A stretch of 64,000 nucleotides of DNA from Candidatus Atabeyarchaeum deiterrae (GCA_037310415.1 CP147780.1:1888001-1952000); one strand, 5' to 3'. Shown: positions 29,106 to 39,312, counted from the first letter of the stretch. Numbers and translations: made by a program. Notes: a model not told the origin generated them from the sequence alone.

Positions 29106-29870
29106 TTAGTGAACTTCAATTGGAAACGTCTTTCTGAAGACGTATATTGCCCAACCTAAGGTATCCCTCTCCCAGCGAAGGTATATCTCCTTTTCCCTCT
29201 CCATGCGTTCAAGTATCTCGGGAATATCGGGATCCTCAGGGTGAGCGAGCAGATAGTCATTGACAGACCACCACTTTAGGCTCTCATAATGATCCCAGTC
29301 ATCGTGGTCGCTTACAGCAGTGTATACACAATTGAGTCCTTCCTCTTCCCCCGCTGTGACATTCTCGTTGTGAGTCCCAAATTCATCTCTTTTTGTTTCG
29401 ACCATCTCCAAATACTCTGGATCGGGTTCTCTTTTCCAGAATGCCTCTCCTACAAGCACTAGCCCCCCTGGCTTTGTCATCTTCTTCAAAGTACGGGTGG
29501 TCTCACTGAAGGCGCCATACACGGAAGTAGCTCCAACACACATAGTAAGGTCGTAGCTCTCCAAGGATTCAGGTTCAAACTTCGCGGCGTCCATCTCAAG
29601 GAACTCGATTTTCGCTGTTGGCACTCGGGCGTAGTACCTTTCCCTGCAATCTTTGACACAGTAAGGCGACATGTCCACTCCAATTCCTTGAATCCTATAA
29701 AGTTCTGCCAAGCGAACAAGGAATTCGCCTTTGCCGCAAGCAATGTCGAGGGCGCGAGCTCCCTTTCTCAAGGAAAGTTGCTTGCACAATTCCTCAAACT
29801 TAACGTCGCCCACGGGATTGCAGAACCGGTGCCGCTTGTGCCGTATATCATGGTACTTCCATATATCCAA
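29106..29870 (-). CDS. Class I SAM-dependent methyltransferase (YjhP-like)
   Basis: LDIACGKGE, GIGVDMS, C.GAT, KPGG.VLVGE.FW, LGWAIYV. Confidence 0.88.
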   Translation of the reverse strand: MDIWKYHDIRHKRHRFCNPVGDVKFEELCKQLSLRKGARALDIACGKGEFLVRLAELYRIQGIGVDMSPYCVKDCRERYYARVPTAKIEFLEMDAAKFEPESLESYDLTMCVGATSVYGAFSETTRTLKKMTKPGGLVLVGEAFWKREPDPEYLEMVETKRDEFGTHNENVTAGEEEGLNCVYTAVSDHDDWDHYESLKWWSVNDYLLAHPEDPDIPEILERMEREKEIYLRWERDTLGWAIYVFRKTFPIEVH

Positions 29871-30136
29871 CCGAACGCCACCTTGTTAATGCATGTACTC
29901 TTCATAATATTTAACAACAATTGATCTCACCGATTGGAATCATCTGGTCTTCAGGATGACTCGGTCTCCATTGGTCCGCGATGGGCTGGCTCACTTTGCT
30001 GCTCGCAAAGCCAGAAAGCCGATCCCCCTTGAAATCTGGATATTAGAGAGATGCTGCAACCTATAAGAAAGCTACTGCCCTAAGATCCGATCAAGGAAGG
30101 AGCTACCTAACCGCCGAAGAAAAGGATAGTGTGGTG

Positions 30137-30332
30137 ATGTCTGTGAATAAGGTGTTTTGGATTTGGGCAATAGCTTATTTACCGCTTATGTTACTGATTG
30201 CGTATTTGTCGAGCCCATCTGGGACCGGTGGGCAACTCATCGCAGTTGTGGTAGCAGGGGTTTTTCTATGGCATCTTTGGGGATGTTTTGAATGGGTTGT
30301 TTGAAGATAGAAAACAAGGTGCGCAAGCGTAA
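30137..30332 (+). pseudogene. Small membrane-protein gene, possibly frameshifted at a T5 run (30261-30265)
   Basis: MSVNKVFWIWAIAYLPLMLLIAY...; removing one T gives a natural-looking GVFYGIFGDVLNGLFEDRKQGAQA ending. Confidence 0.35.
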
Positions 30333-30626
30333 GAGACTTGCATATCACTTCTGAGTATTGTCCATACTGCGGGGCCAGGATGCAAAGACGGCATTGAGCT
30401 GGCGGCTTCGAGTTTCGCGATTCTTTCCCGCGGCAGTGACGTTAGAACCCAATTGACGTGAAGCCTTTCCTCCTTGAGCACTCTAATTACCTATGCCTCC
30501 CCGTCATTCTAAGAGGCTTAATCTACAACCACATCACCCCATTGGTTTCACCAGTTGCAAACGATAACCTTAAATAGAAGACCTACGGGATGTTTATTGT
30601 TCATAAAAGGGGGAACATCCAGGAAG

Positions 30627-31298
30627 TTGAGGAGCAAAGTAATCTGTGCTTCTTTGCTAGTCATGATAGCGATCATTCCAGCCATCACAATTTCCGCTTC
30701 GGCTACAACTACAATAGCCAATACGAGTGTTACACTTTCTCAAAGCGCCTACTATCCATGGTCTTATTATTGCTCAAGAAATGATATCATTAGGGTAAGC
30801 TTCGACGTGACGAGTGGTGGCTATACTACCTTCCTCATAATGAGTCAATACGACTACGTTCTATTTGTCAGCAGCGTTCCGACTTATGGCTATGAGGTGT
30901 TGTACAGATACTCGTATGGAGAAATCTTTGTCTGGGTAGCTCCCACGGCCGACACCTACTATTTTGTACTCTATAATTCGGATTCGAATACAACTAGCAC
31001 GATATCGATCACAATTACTGACGATCCAGGCTCAACCTCCCCCGGGAGTGACCAGGTCGTGCTTGCCGCTATCTGTGCTGTGATCGCCTTCACAGCCGTT
31101 GCAACGATCATCGGAGGGATCGTCAAGTTGGCCATCGGATCCAGACAGGTTTCTCGCAGGGTAGAGCCCTCTGCAATAGAGGAGCAAGCTGTGCCTGCGT
31201 CACCTGAAAGGAGAACTAGCATCTTCTGTTCCAACTGTGGAGCAGCAATACCTGCTGCGGCTCAATACTGCCCGTACTGTGGAAGCAGAACACGGTAA
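30627..31298 (+). CDS. Signal peptide + beta-sandwich (GOLD/PPC-like) + TM + cytoplasmic zinc ribbon
   Basis: Hydrophobic N-terminus, TYYFVLYNSD, one TM helix, FCSNCGA...YCPYCG. CTTAAATA TATA near 30569. Confidence 0.75.
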   Translation: MRSKVICASLLVMIAIIPAITISASATTTIANTSVTLSQSAYYPWSYYCSRNDIIRVSFDVTSGGYTTFLIMSQYDYVLFVSSVPTYGYEVLYRYSYGEIFVWVAPTADTYYFVLYNSDSNTTSTISITITDDPGSTSPGSDQVVLAAICAVIAFTAVATIIGGIVKLAIGSRQVSRRVEPSAIEEQAVPASPERRTSIFCSNCGAAIPAAAQYCPYCGSRTR

Positions 31299-31331
31299 CC
31301 AGCAGACCCCAAATCCGCTTCCGCCTTTCGG

Positions 31332-31349
31332 GTTAGAGACGCCTCTAAC
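31332..31349. terminator. Hairpin between convergent genes
   Basis: GTTAGAG-acgc-CTCTAAC. Confidence 0.35.
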
Positions 31350-31418
31350 TGCTCGATACTGTACATTTTGAGGGTTGAGGCTGACTGCTAGCCAAACAGC
31401 GGACTTAAACTAAGGGCT

Positions 31419-32243
31419 CTATTGGATCTTGAAGGACCTCATAGAAACCGAGCCATGCTGAAATCCATCGTGAGTGAATTCTACAGACTCGTTCCGTTCC
31501 TGTAGCCCGATGGTATATATCATCGGCAAGTAGTGGTCAAGTGTCGGTGCTGCCAACAATACATTCTTGCTTAGGAGCCGGTAATTGATCAGGTCCTCGT
31601 GATGTCGGCTCAGCAGACCTGACTTGATCTTTTCATCAAACTCGACGGCCCAGTCATATGGCTTAGCATTGATGTCGTCAAAGTCTATCACTTCCAAGTT
31701 GTGCACAATGTTGCCGCTACCAATGATCAATACTCCTTTTTCCCTCATCGGCTGAAGTTCTTTCGCCAGGTCATAATGGTACTGCACTGTCTTGCGATGC
31801 CACTCGCCGGGTGAATAGTCAAGGCTCATCTCAAATACTGGGATGTCTGCTTTTGGATACATATAGTGTAGAACAGACCAAGCTGCATGATCCAAACCCC
31901 ATCCGGGGTCGCAGGATACTTGGACTTTTCTAACCCATCTCTCAACCATTCTTGCATACTCAGGCGCACCAGGGCTGGGATACTTCATCTTGTAGAGCTC
32001 ATTTGGGAATCCATAGAAATCATGGATCGTCTCAGGCTTGTCGTTACACGTCAGACGAGTTCCGCTTGTAAGCCAATGCGCCGAGATGACCAGTATCGCT
32101 TTCGGCTTCGGCAGCTCCTTCCCCAAGGCAGTTAGGTGCCTAGTAAAATCATTTTGCAGTACGACGTTCATTGGAGATCCATGACCGATAAACAGTACAG
32201 GCATCTTCTCAGTCTTTGCCGCCATAGTCGCCTTCTTTGCCAT
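31419..32243 (-). CDS. 4,5-DOPA extradiol dioxygenase family (YgiD/LigB-like)
   Basis: LFIGHGSPM, VISAHW, HDFYGFP, GLDHAAW, GSGNIVHNL, PTLDHYLP. GGTGA upstream of ATG 32243. Confidence 0.92.
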   Translation of the reverse strand: MAKKATMAAKTEKMPVLFIGHGSPMNVVLQNDFTRHLTALGKELPKPKAILVISAHWLTSGTRLTCNDKPETIHDFYGFPNELYKMKYPSPGAPEYARMVERWVRKVQVSCDPGWGLDHAAWSVLHYMYPKADIPVFEMSLDYSPGEWHRKTVQYHYDLAKELQPMREKGVLIIGSGNIVHNLEVIDFDDINAKPYDWAVEFDEKIKSGLLSRHHEDLINYRLLSKNVLLAAPTLDHYLPMIYTIGLQERNESVEFTHDGFQHGSVSMRSFKIQ

Positions 32244-32268
32244 ATCTTCACCATCTTGTCTTGTCTGT

Positions 32269-32466
32269 TCAGCGCTTCTTCTTGGCAATCTGGCGCCAAA
32301 CCGAAAGCCAGTACATAACGATCAGAATCAGAATGACTACTGCCGCATATAGCAGCAGGAGCCTGATATTAGGATCCCGCGCAAACGTGCCGAGAAAGAT
32401 GATAAACAGGTCTAAACCAGCAGCAAGCATCAGCCAGCTAACGCTTTTCTTTGAAATAGGAGTCAC
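32269..32466 (-). CDS. Small two-TM membrane protein
   Basis: Two hydrophobic helices and a basic tail. Confidence 0.55.
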   Translation of the reverse strand: MTPISKKSVSWLMLAAGLDLFIIFLGTFARDPNIRLLLLYAAVVILILIVMYWLSVWRQIAKKKR

Positions 32467-32633
32467 TCTCCATTATACGAACAAGATCATGAAGACATTT
32501 ATCGCACTCAGGGTAAATGAACGTTTCCTCATATTGATGTGGTTTTCAGCTTTCTGGGGACGAAATTCTTATGGTTTCAGGCCGCATAATGCGATTCGGA
32601 ACGCACTAAGAATCAAGACTCAGGGATGGCTCA

Positions 32634-32987
32634 TCACTTCAACAGTTGTTCGAGCTTGGGCAACTGTTTGCCCTTCTTCACTGCCTCAATCATGTCCGAG
32701 ATCTTCTTGATGTCTTTCCGGAAGCCTCGACGAACGCGATACAATTCGTACATCGTACAGATGGTAAGAGTCGTAACCCCGACAATGAAACCATATAGAG
32801 GTGTCACATTCTGAAATAGTAGCGTATAAAGAACGACAAGAAACCCGATGAAGATTGCGAAACTTGTTGTGACTACCGTCGTGTATTTTGCATGGGCTCG
32901 CTCCGAGCAAACTTGTATTTTCAGCAATTCGATGCCTTGATCCATATTCTGACCCTTGAGGCCTACCTTCTCCTCCTGTCCTTCCAT
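32634..32987 (-). CDS. Small two-TM membrane protein (start 32987 or 32945)
   Basis: Two TM helices followed by a charged C-terminal helix. Confidence 0.6.
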   Translation of the reverse strand: MEGQEEKVGLKGQNMDQGIELLKIQVCSERAHAKYTTVVTTSFAIFIGFLVVLYTLLFQNVTPLYGFIVGVTTLTICTMYELYRVRRGFRKDIKKISDMIEAVKKGKQLPKLEQLLK

Positions 32988-33027
32988 GTACACACTTCCT
33001 ATGCCTCTTGAATCAATCACGACTTTC

Positions 33028-33612
33028 TCATATATGAATCGCGAACTTACATTCCTTGCCACCGGAGACCGCAGACTGCATGATTTCGACTCTCACCGGT
33101 CTTTCCAGAACGCTTTCCCAATACTTTTTGACAAATCCTCTCGAGCATTGGCAGTAGGAGCGTGATACCGTCTCATTTGCGGGCAACCCTCTGAGCAAGC
33201 CACAGAAGCACCTCATGGGCGTCTTAAACGACTGAGGCATGAAATACCAATACAGAACGTCTCCATCTTTGGTGAGCTTTGTTCCTGTCATCGGCTTCTT
33301 CTGCTCCGCTTCAAGGAACTCATCCAAGCTACTGGACTTCTTGCGGCGCGTTTTGGCCCTTTGTATTACTGCCTTGTTTTGCATTGCACAATTGGCACCA
33401 CATGCCTCCATAACCTTTATCCTCGTCTTCTCATCGACCAGCGAATCCATTCTCTCCATCGCACTCTTGACCCAACCGGCAATCTTGTCTTTGCTGGTAC
33501 TCGCCGTTATCTTTTCACTGCCCTCCAAAACCTTCTTCTTCACTTCGGTTCCAGCAAAATGCTCCAAGTTTCCAGCTATTTCCTTTATCATGTCAACATG
33601 TGTTCTTGGCAT
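33028..33612 (-). CDS. DUF6144-like / V4R-like Cys-containing protein
   Basis: MEACGANC, RCFCG, SYCQCSRGF, V.I..S..SGG.EC.F.I. Confidence 0.75.
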   Translation of the reverse strand: MPRTHVDMIKEIAGNLEHFAGTEVKKKVLEGSEKITASTSKDKIAGWVKSAMERMDSLVDEKTRIKVMEACGANCAMQNKAVIQRAKTRRKKSSSLDEFLEAEQKKPMTGTKLTKDGDVLYWYFMPQSFKTPMRCFCGLLRGLPANETVSRSYCQCSRGFVKKYWESVLERPVRVEIMQSAVSGGKECKFAIHI

Positions 33613-33973
33613 GCAAGCCACCACTTTCATCATGGACATAACCATGGTATATAAGATTCCTTTTCAATTCACTCATGTAGTCTTCAACATTTCTCTGCGA
33701 ACCGAACGGTAAGGAGATAACGACGGGATCAAAGCTAGGATCCAAGCTTCTCCGTACTATTCTGAAGCTACTCTTTCCAATGACGATGATCCTATTGAAG
33801 ATCAGTGAGTCTACCTCATTTCTAAGATATTGGGTGCAGGAAACTATTGCTTCTTCTTTCTCATCCTTGGGTAGTTTGTCAATAGGGCACTTCACCACAT
33901 CAATAAGGTAAAATCCTTGGTTCATGAACTTGCTCAGGAAGTGCTCCTTGTTAAAGTCCCTATAGTGCTTCAT
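33593..33973 (-). pseudogene. C-terminal fragment of a uracil-DNA glycosylase-superfamily protein
   Basis: GFYLIDVVKCP...YLRNEV...IIVIGK...LPF; the N-terminal motif region is absent and the frame runs into the next gene. Confidence 0.5.
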
Positions 33974-33989
33974 CTCTTTCTGAAACAGA

Positions 33990-34303
33990 ACTGTCCTTGC
34001 AGCGACCTCTCGCCCGAAATCTATGAGACTACATCAATGAGCGTCGTTGGAATGACTAGAACAGTGAATATCTGGTTGACGTGGAGCGCTGGGGGGACTG
34101 TGAGAGTGATTTATGACAAAGACACTGGCTTAGTTGTCGATATGTTCATCACCAATCTGATATCGCCGGCGGTTGGAACTGTGACTTTGATTTCAACGAA
34201 CGCCTTCCTCAACTCTGATCTACTAATCATAGGGTTGGCGGTTGCTGGAGCGATTATTGTCGGAATCATGGTCGTCTTAATCGTTGTCAGACGGAGGAAA
34301 TGA
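33990..34303 (+). pseudogene. C-terminal fragment of a membrane-anchored surface protein (5' boundary approximate)
   Basis: IYDKDTGLVV...LISTN, then TM helix and RRRK anchor; no signal peptide or credible start. Confidence 0.5.
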
Positions 34304-34396
34304 AGATAAGCGAGAGTACATGCGGAACTCCGCTCCCAAGTTTTTTCAATCACGACTTCTTGTCTGCGCTCGTTCATCAAAGTTTGCGACAGTATC

Positions 34397-35278
34397 CTAT
34401 GCTATGTTGGAAAGTGAATCGATTATATCATTTATTCTCTTCCTTTGTTGATCTCTCCCCACAACGTCGCCAGGCAGTTGATCCAGCAGGGCGATGCTTT
34501 CCTTGTAGTAGTTGAGCGCCTCTTTCAGCAAGCGTCTATCCTTCAGTTTCTCTCCGATGTTTGAGAGATTCATGAAGTGAGTAATTTTGCCTTTCCTGTC
34601 GAGCTTGTCGACTTCAACTCTCTGCCACTCAAACCTATTCACATAATCCAAGCAATCCTTGATTAGCCTTTCATCGTGCATCACGTCACTGTGACTGCAT
34701 AGCACAATTTTCGCTTCTCTGGCCAAGTACTCTTGCAGTGTTGCTTTGTATGTCCGGAAGTTCAGCTCGTTAATATAGGGAACGGGTGACTCGATGTTGT
34801 CACCCACGAAAAGCGTTTTGTCCACATGATCGAAGCACGATGCTGAGTCTACCGTGTGCCCTGGCGTGTAGTAGAACTCCACGCCCTCATCGACAAAAAC
34901 CATCCTGTCGCTGAAGACGAGACTCGGAAACACTATCTCGACCTTTCCCTGTCTGTCGCCTTCGAAATTCCTCAGTGCGTCTTCGCTTTCTTTCTCCATT
35001 CTTCTGAGGCACGCCTCGTGCGCAACGATCACTGAGGATTTGAAACTACCATTTCCCCAGTAATGATCGTAGTCGGCATGAGAGTTGAAGACAACAAGAG
35101 GCTTGGAGCTCAGCTCGTTCTCTTCGACATACTGTTTCACATCTTGCATAGGTTGGTTCCCCAGAAACGTGTCGAGTAGGAACACACGGTTCTGACCATT
35201 TATCAGAAAGCAATTGGTTTTGTAGGGTTCCTCGAATGTGAACAGCACACCTCTGCTTGCGATTCTCTGGACGTTCAT
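34397..35278 (-). CDS. Metallo-beta-lactamase-fold hydrolase with C-terminal TPR-like helices
   Basis: NSHADYDHYWGN, TPGHT.DS, VGDN, SH. Confidence 0.88.
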   Translation of the reverse strand: MNVQRIASRGVLFTFEEPYKTNCFLINGQNRVFLLDTFLGNQPMQDVKQYVEENELSSKPLVVFNSHADYDHYWGNGSFKSSVIVAHEACLRRMEKESEDALRNFEGDRQGKVEIVFPSLVFSDRMVFVDEGVEFYYTPGHTVDSASCFDHVDKTLFVGDNIESPVPYINELNFRTYKATLQEYLAREAKIVLCSHSDVMHDERLIKDCLDYVNRFEWQRVEVDKLDRKGKITHFMNLSNIGEKLKDRRLLKEALNYYKESIALLDQLPGDVVGRDQQRKRINDIIDSLSNIA

Positions 35279-35570
35279 TCTTCTCACACCATCCACTGAA
35301 TGCTCGCGTCTCAGTATATTTGTTTTCATTAATCTGAAGATGGCAGTATTCGCCCTCAAGCACTGGCTACGACAAAAAGGGTATTTGCGAGAGAAAGAAC
35401 TCGCAGCTTTGGGGCTTCAGTCTGCTATTTGCGGATTGCATGGATTGAGCTGTATCACGTTTGAGTGTTCTCCTCCGCGTTTGCGCGGAAAGGTTTATTA
35501 CTATCATGATGTTAAAACGAATACAACGGTTGAAAGATATACATGAGGGAATCTCAGAGGTAGACTACAT

Positions 35571-36335
35571 TTGGAAAAAGAACTTTTCACTAGCTTAATG
35601 CGAAAAGCGTCCCTTTCCTGCTTCGCCGTGGGCATATTCGCGATCTCTAGCTCGGTTGCGCAATCAGTACTTGAGTTTCTGGCATTGGATCCGATAACCT
35701 CAGCCTTGTCCGCAGCCATGATATCAGGGTCCATAGATCCTTTGTTACTAACGCAACTGAGTCAGGTAATGAGCGCATATCTCCTGCCTACTCTCGTTCT
35801 TCTTATGGTGACACTATCGCTCACAATTGTCTTCGCTTTCTACTCATACAAAGTCGGACAGGCATATGAAATTGGCTCGGGCAAAATAGCGGGACCATCA
35901 TACGTGATCATGCAACTAGCAGCAATACCCGTATTACTTGCGAGCTACCAGATACTTGGGATGTTGCCACAGATCATTGTTGACCCGACGTCGGTTATCA
36001 GTCAGCTTTTGGGCATAATCCTCATAATAGGTGTAGGGGCTTTGCTGGCGCTTGCGTTCATGTTCGTGTTCATAATTACATTCGCGATCGCCCTCCACAG
36101 GATGCGAATACAAACAGACATCAGTCTATTCGATACTGCGATGTGGTTGATCATCATAGCCGTAATCCTTACATTCTTGAATTCGGTGTTCACGTCCATG
36201 GGAATACCTATCAGCATTGGCGACTTGTTCCTGCAGATCGGGATAATCACGTATGGGTTGGCACTGAGCAGGGCAGGGCGAATGGGCGCTGTGCCGAAAC
36301 TTCTCAAGGATCGATCCGCGACTGGGGAAAGCTAG
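35571..36335 (+). CDS. Multi-pass membrane protein (paralog of 3528 and 4399)
   Basis: About 6 TM segments; GAGGT upstream of TTG. Confidence 0.72.
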   Translation: MEKELFTSLMRKASLSCFAVGIFAISSSVAQSVLEFLALDPITSALSAAMISGSIDPLLLTQLSQVMSAYLLPTLVLLMVTLSLTIVFAFYSYKVGQAYEIGSGKIAGPSYVIMQLAAIPVLLASYQILGMLPQIIVDPTSVISQLLGIILIIGVGALLALAFMFVFIITFAIALHRMRIQTDISLFDTAMWLIIIAVILTFLNSVFTSMGIPISIGDLFLQIGIITYGLALSRAGRMGAVPKLLKDRSATGES

Positions 36336-36578
36336 GAGTTTTCCCGCTCGCTCTCTTTTTCGCTGACGCCGACGCGTACTCAAACAATGTAAACTTTCAG
36401 TCGTCGTATTGACTGGGAGGAATTGCCTCTTTCATCGCGCGAGTTCTTCAACTGACGAGGCGCGTCGAACAGCGGGTCCAGAGAATAATATTATAAGAGC
36501 AATAATCAAACACTAGGTTCATCCGGATTTCTCCCGTTTGCTTGGAGAACCTGTTACTAGGAGGGTGGAATAGGAAGG

Positions 36579-37307
36579 ATGGCCCGATGTCCAGAATGCG
36601 GAAAGTGGATATGGACTTTCTTATCAAATGAAACAGAGTGCCCAAAGTGCGGAGCCATATTGAAAGTTCACAGAGTTTTTCTTGGCAGATTCACCTCGAC
36701 ATGGTTTGAGACCGTAGGATTCACTCCATCATCCGCGGGAGCTCGCCACCACTTCGCCCGAGATCCTTCTTTTTCGAAGCAAGAGATTGTGCCTGGAGGA
36801 CTTGAAGGAGAGTTAGGAGAGGCTACTCTGCCTGACTACGTTGAAGACGAAGAAGAAAACCCTTCTTATCGACCTCTCTACTCAGACAGAAAAGGTAAAG
36901 ACGCGTCGAAAGCAAGTCCGCAGCAGAGGAGCACAGGGGCTAGCAGAGATATGCTCTCCTCGCAGGACAAGAATGTTGAAGGGAGGCGATGCATCTTCTG
37001 TGGTGCGGGGATCAGGCAACCAGACACCAAGTTCTGCCCAAGCTGCGGCGCAAGATTGCACCTGCAGCCACGAGTCGTCGCATCCACGCAAACCGAGGCT
37101 AACCCTGAAGCTGAGAAACAAGTGACAGGTGAAAGCAGGGAAACGCACGATTGCATCGTCTGCAACGAAGAACTGACCGAAAAAAATGACGTGGTGTGGT
37201 GCCCTCACTGCGGTCAACCAGCCCACAGGGATCATATGGTTAAATGGATCCGTGAGAAGGGGCGCTGCCCGAATTGCGGGGCATCGCTAGATGAGCGATT
37301 ATCTTAG
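36579..37307 (+). CDS. Zinc-ribbon protein with C-terminal RING-like finger
   Basis: CPECG, CPKCG, CIFCG..FCPSCG; CIVC-x12-CPHC-x4-H-x2-H-x3-W-x6-CPNC. Confidence 0.8.
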   Translation: MARCPECGKWIWTFLSNETECPKCGAILKVHRVFLGRFTSTWFETVGFTPSSAGARHHFARDPSFSKQEIVPGGLEGELGEATLPDYVEDEEENPSYRPLYSDRKGKDASKASPQQRSTGASRDMLSSQDKNVEGRRCIFCGAGIRQPDTKFCPSCGARLHLQPRVVASTQTEANPEAEKQVTGESRETHDCIVCNEELTEKNDVVWCPHCGQPAHRDHMVKWIREKGRCPNCGASLDERLS

Positions 37308-37330
37308 GACTAAGCAAATCGATGCTACCC

Positions 37331-37352
37331 CGACCCCCTCATTAAGGGGTCG
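37331..37352. terminator. GC-rich hairpin between convergent genes
   Basis: CGACCCC-ctcattaa-GGGGTCG. Confidence 0.35.
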
Positions 37353-37402
37353 TGTTATCATCGATTGATCGCACGTATTTGGCAATGTTGCCGAACTGTG
37401 AG

Positions 37403-37732
37403 TCATGCTTTGGAGACAATGTCAACCAATACTATCCTGAATTGGAGCGTCTTGCCAACCATCGGATGCTTGCCAGTCTTCCCGTAAGCCAACTCAGGGG
37501 GAAGGGTTACAGTCTTTTCCTCGCCCGGTTTCATACCGAGTATTGCATCGTTGAAGCCTTTTATGACTTGACCTGCGCCCAACTTCACTGTAAGCGGTTT
37601 GTAGTCGCGTCCTTTCTGAAGTATACCAGCTCGGACGGCTTCCTTCTCCATGGATGTATCAAAGACTTTTCCGCCAGGGAACTTTCCCACATAATGGACT
37701 CTGACCGTGTCGCCGGTTTTTGCTTCTGACAT
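37403..37732 (-). CDS. FKBP-type peptidyl-prolyl isomerase, short form without IF domain
   Basis: [45 protein letters not shown]. Confidence 0.92.
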   Translation of the reverse strand: MSEAKTGDTVRVHYVGKFPGGKVFDTSMEKEAVRAGILQKGRDYKPLTVKLGAGQVIKGFNDAILGMKPGEEKTVTLPPELAYGKTGKHPMVGKTLQFRIVLVDIVSKA

Positions 37733-38138
37733 GACAGTTCACCTTACGGCTAGATTTGGCGACGACGTTGCTTTTCTACCTTGTGTTCTCCTTAATGCTT
37801 GACTCTATGTGAAACCTCGCAATCCTCATTATAGTGCCGAGCCACTTCACTTCAGGAGATGGGACAGCGTATGAGGAAATGCCCCGGTGAATGGATGCAC
37901 ACGGAAACCCGAATGAAACCCAGCGTGGGAATCGGAAGCCATAAACCAAGCTTTCCCCGAAGGAGTACACGTGAAGTGTGTCTACATTGCCACTACAGCA
38001 CAATGTGGTCATTATAGTCGCTGCGCAAATCGTTTGCGTGCGCCATGAGTCATTTCCCTCCGCGATCAAGGCGACCGCGAATAGCACATTACGATTCTTT
38101 GATCAACTTCACTCCACCGAGATATCCTATAAGTATGC

Positions 38139-38306
38139 TTACATTGTGCCTTCAATGCAGTCTAAGATCCTCTCCATTGGCAGTTGCGGGGCTTCCAGCA
38201 ACAGCCGACGGCTTGTCAGAGGCCGACCGGAAACCAACGCTGCGATTTCGTCGTAGGTTAGGTTCAGTAGAAGTGCTGCCTTCATCGAGTCGTGTAACCA
38301 GTTCAA
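38139..38306 (-). CDS. 55-aa ORF overlapping the upstream stop (TTGA), or the frameshifted C-terminus of the upstream gene
   Basis: (M)NWLHDSMKAALLLNLTYDEIAALVSGRPLTSRRLLLEAPQLPMEEILDCIEGTM; below the ORF-track size cutoff. Confidence 0.4.
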   Translation of the reverse strand: MNWLHDSMKAALLLNLTYDEIAALVSGRPLTSRRLLLEAPQLPMERILDCIEGTM

Positions 38307-39037
38307 GACAACTGTTTCTTGCTTCTCCAGAAGTCAGTCGTCACAGAGCCAGCATCGAATTTCCGATACTGTAGGCAATCTGCGTGGTAGGTTAACACAT
38401 CTAATCCCTTTGGTCTTAGATCGAAAAACGGTACAGCCAGAACCCTTCTATCAAAGAACCCCATGTAAGAAAATCTCTCGCTACCATAACCCTCTCTCAA
38501 TTGCTTTATACCACTCTGGGGACTGACAGATTCAGATTCGACCGCAATGATCTCATCGCTGGTCACTTCTTCCTTGTAATTCGAACTCACCTTGCCGAAA
38601 GCCTTTATTGTTGCGAGCTGGGACAAAGAAGCTCCCTTCCCTATGTATCTCCTCTCCCTTAGTTCCTCGAGGAGCTTTGTCTTGAACGCAATAAGGTCTG
38701 GCCCCGATCCAGTGTCTTCCAGTACCATGAATCCCTTCGACATGAAGAACTCGGCGGCGATGAGGTTTGTTATACTTTCTCTGATGGAGTTGCACCCGTT
38801 TGAATGCAGATTATCACTCCTATAAATGAGAATACTATCTGAATCATGTTCGCTTGTGAACAGCTTCTCGATGGTCTCTTTTTGTTGTCGCAGAGCAGGC
38901 AGATTCTTGTGATCTTGGAAGCAGCAAGTCGCGTCAGAGTATGTGAATGAAATGAACCTCGCTTTGTCGGCAAGCTGATTGATTGTTTCACAGTCACCAA
39001 CTAGGGTTGGGTTGTTGCTAGGTTCAACTGCTGTCAT
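38303..39037 (-). CDS. Hypothetical protein with PD-(D/E)XK nuclease-like motifs
   Basis: AAEFFMSKGFMVL...GPDLIAF...IIAVESES; likely start ATG 39037. Confidence 0.5.
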   Translation of the reverse strand: MTAVEPSNNPTLVGDCETINQLADKARFISFTYSDATCCFQDHKNLPALRQQKETIEKLFTSEHDSDSILIYRSDNLHSNGCNSIRESITNLIAAEFFMSKGFMVLEDTGSGPDLIAFKTKLLEELRERRYIGKGASLSQLATIKAFGKVSSNYKEEVTSDEIIAVESESVSPQSGIKQLREGYGSERFSYMGFFDRRVLAVPFFDLRPKGLDVLTYHADCLQYRKFDAGSVTTDFWRSKKQLS

Positions 39038-39312
39038 TCGATTGTTCGAGCGCTTCGAAGGAATGCATAGAAACTGGAGAGCAAGGAGAGCATCTCGTGG
39101 AGAGACAGCAGTAAGAAGGGGAAATCCGCCCAGCCACCCCACCTTGTGATTTTCTGACCCGTTGTCAGCCAACCATTTGAAGGCGTTATACATGGCCAGC
39201 AGAGCTGTTCTTCTATTGAGATGGCGGTGTTCCTGTCTCCTCATGCGATATTCTCATCCTGCAAGCAAATCCTCCACAACGATATTTAAGGTCCCTTCCA
39301 TTAGCCGCGGTA

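Noticed and set aside
37776-38100. Possible ncRNA or ORF in a poorly coding gap (GAAACCC twice, small hairpins)
   Set aside because: No consistent long-range structure or known motif; the ORFs look like noise.
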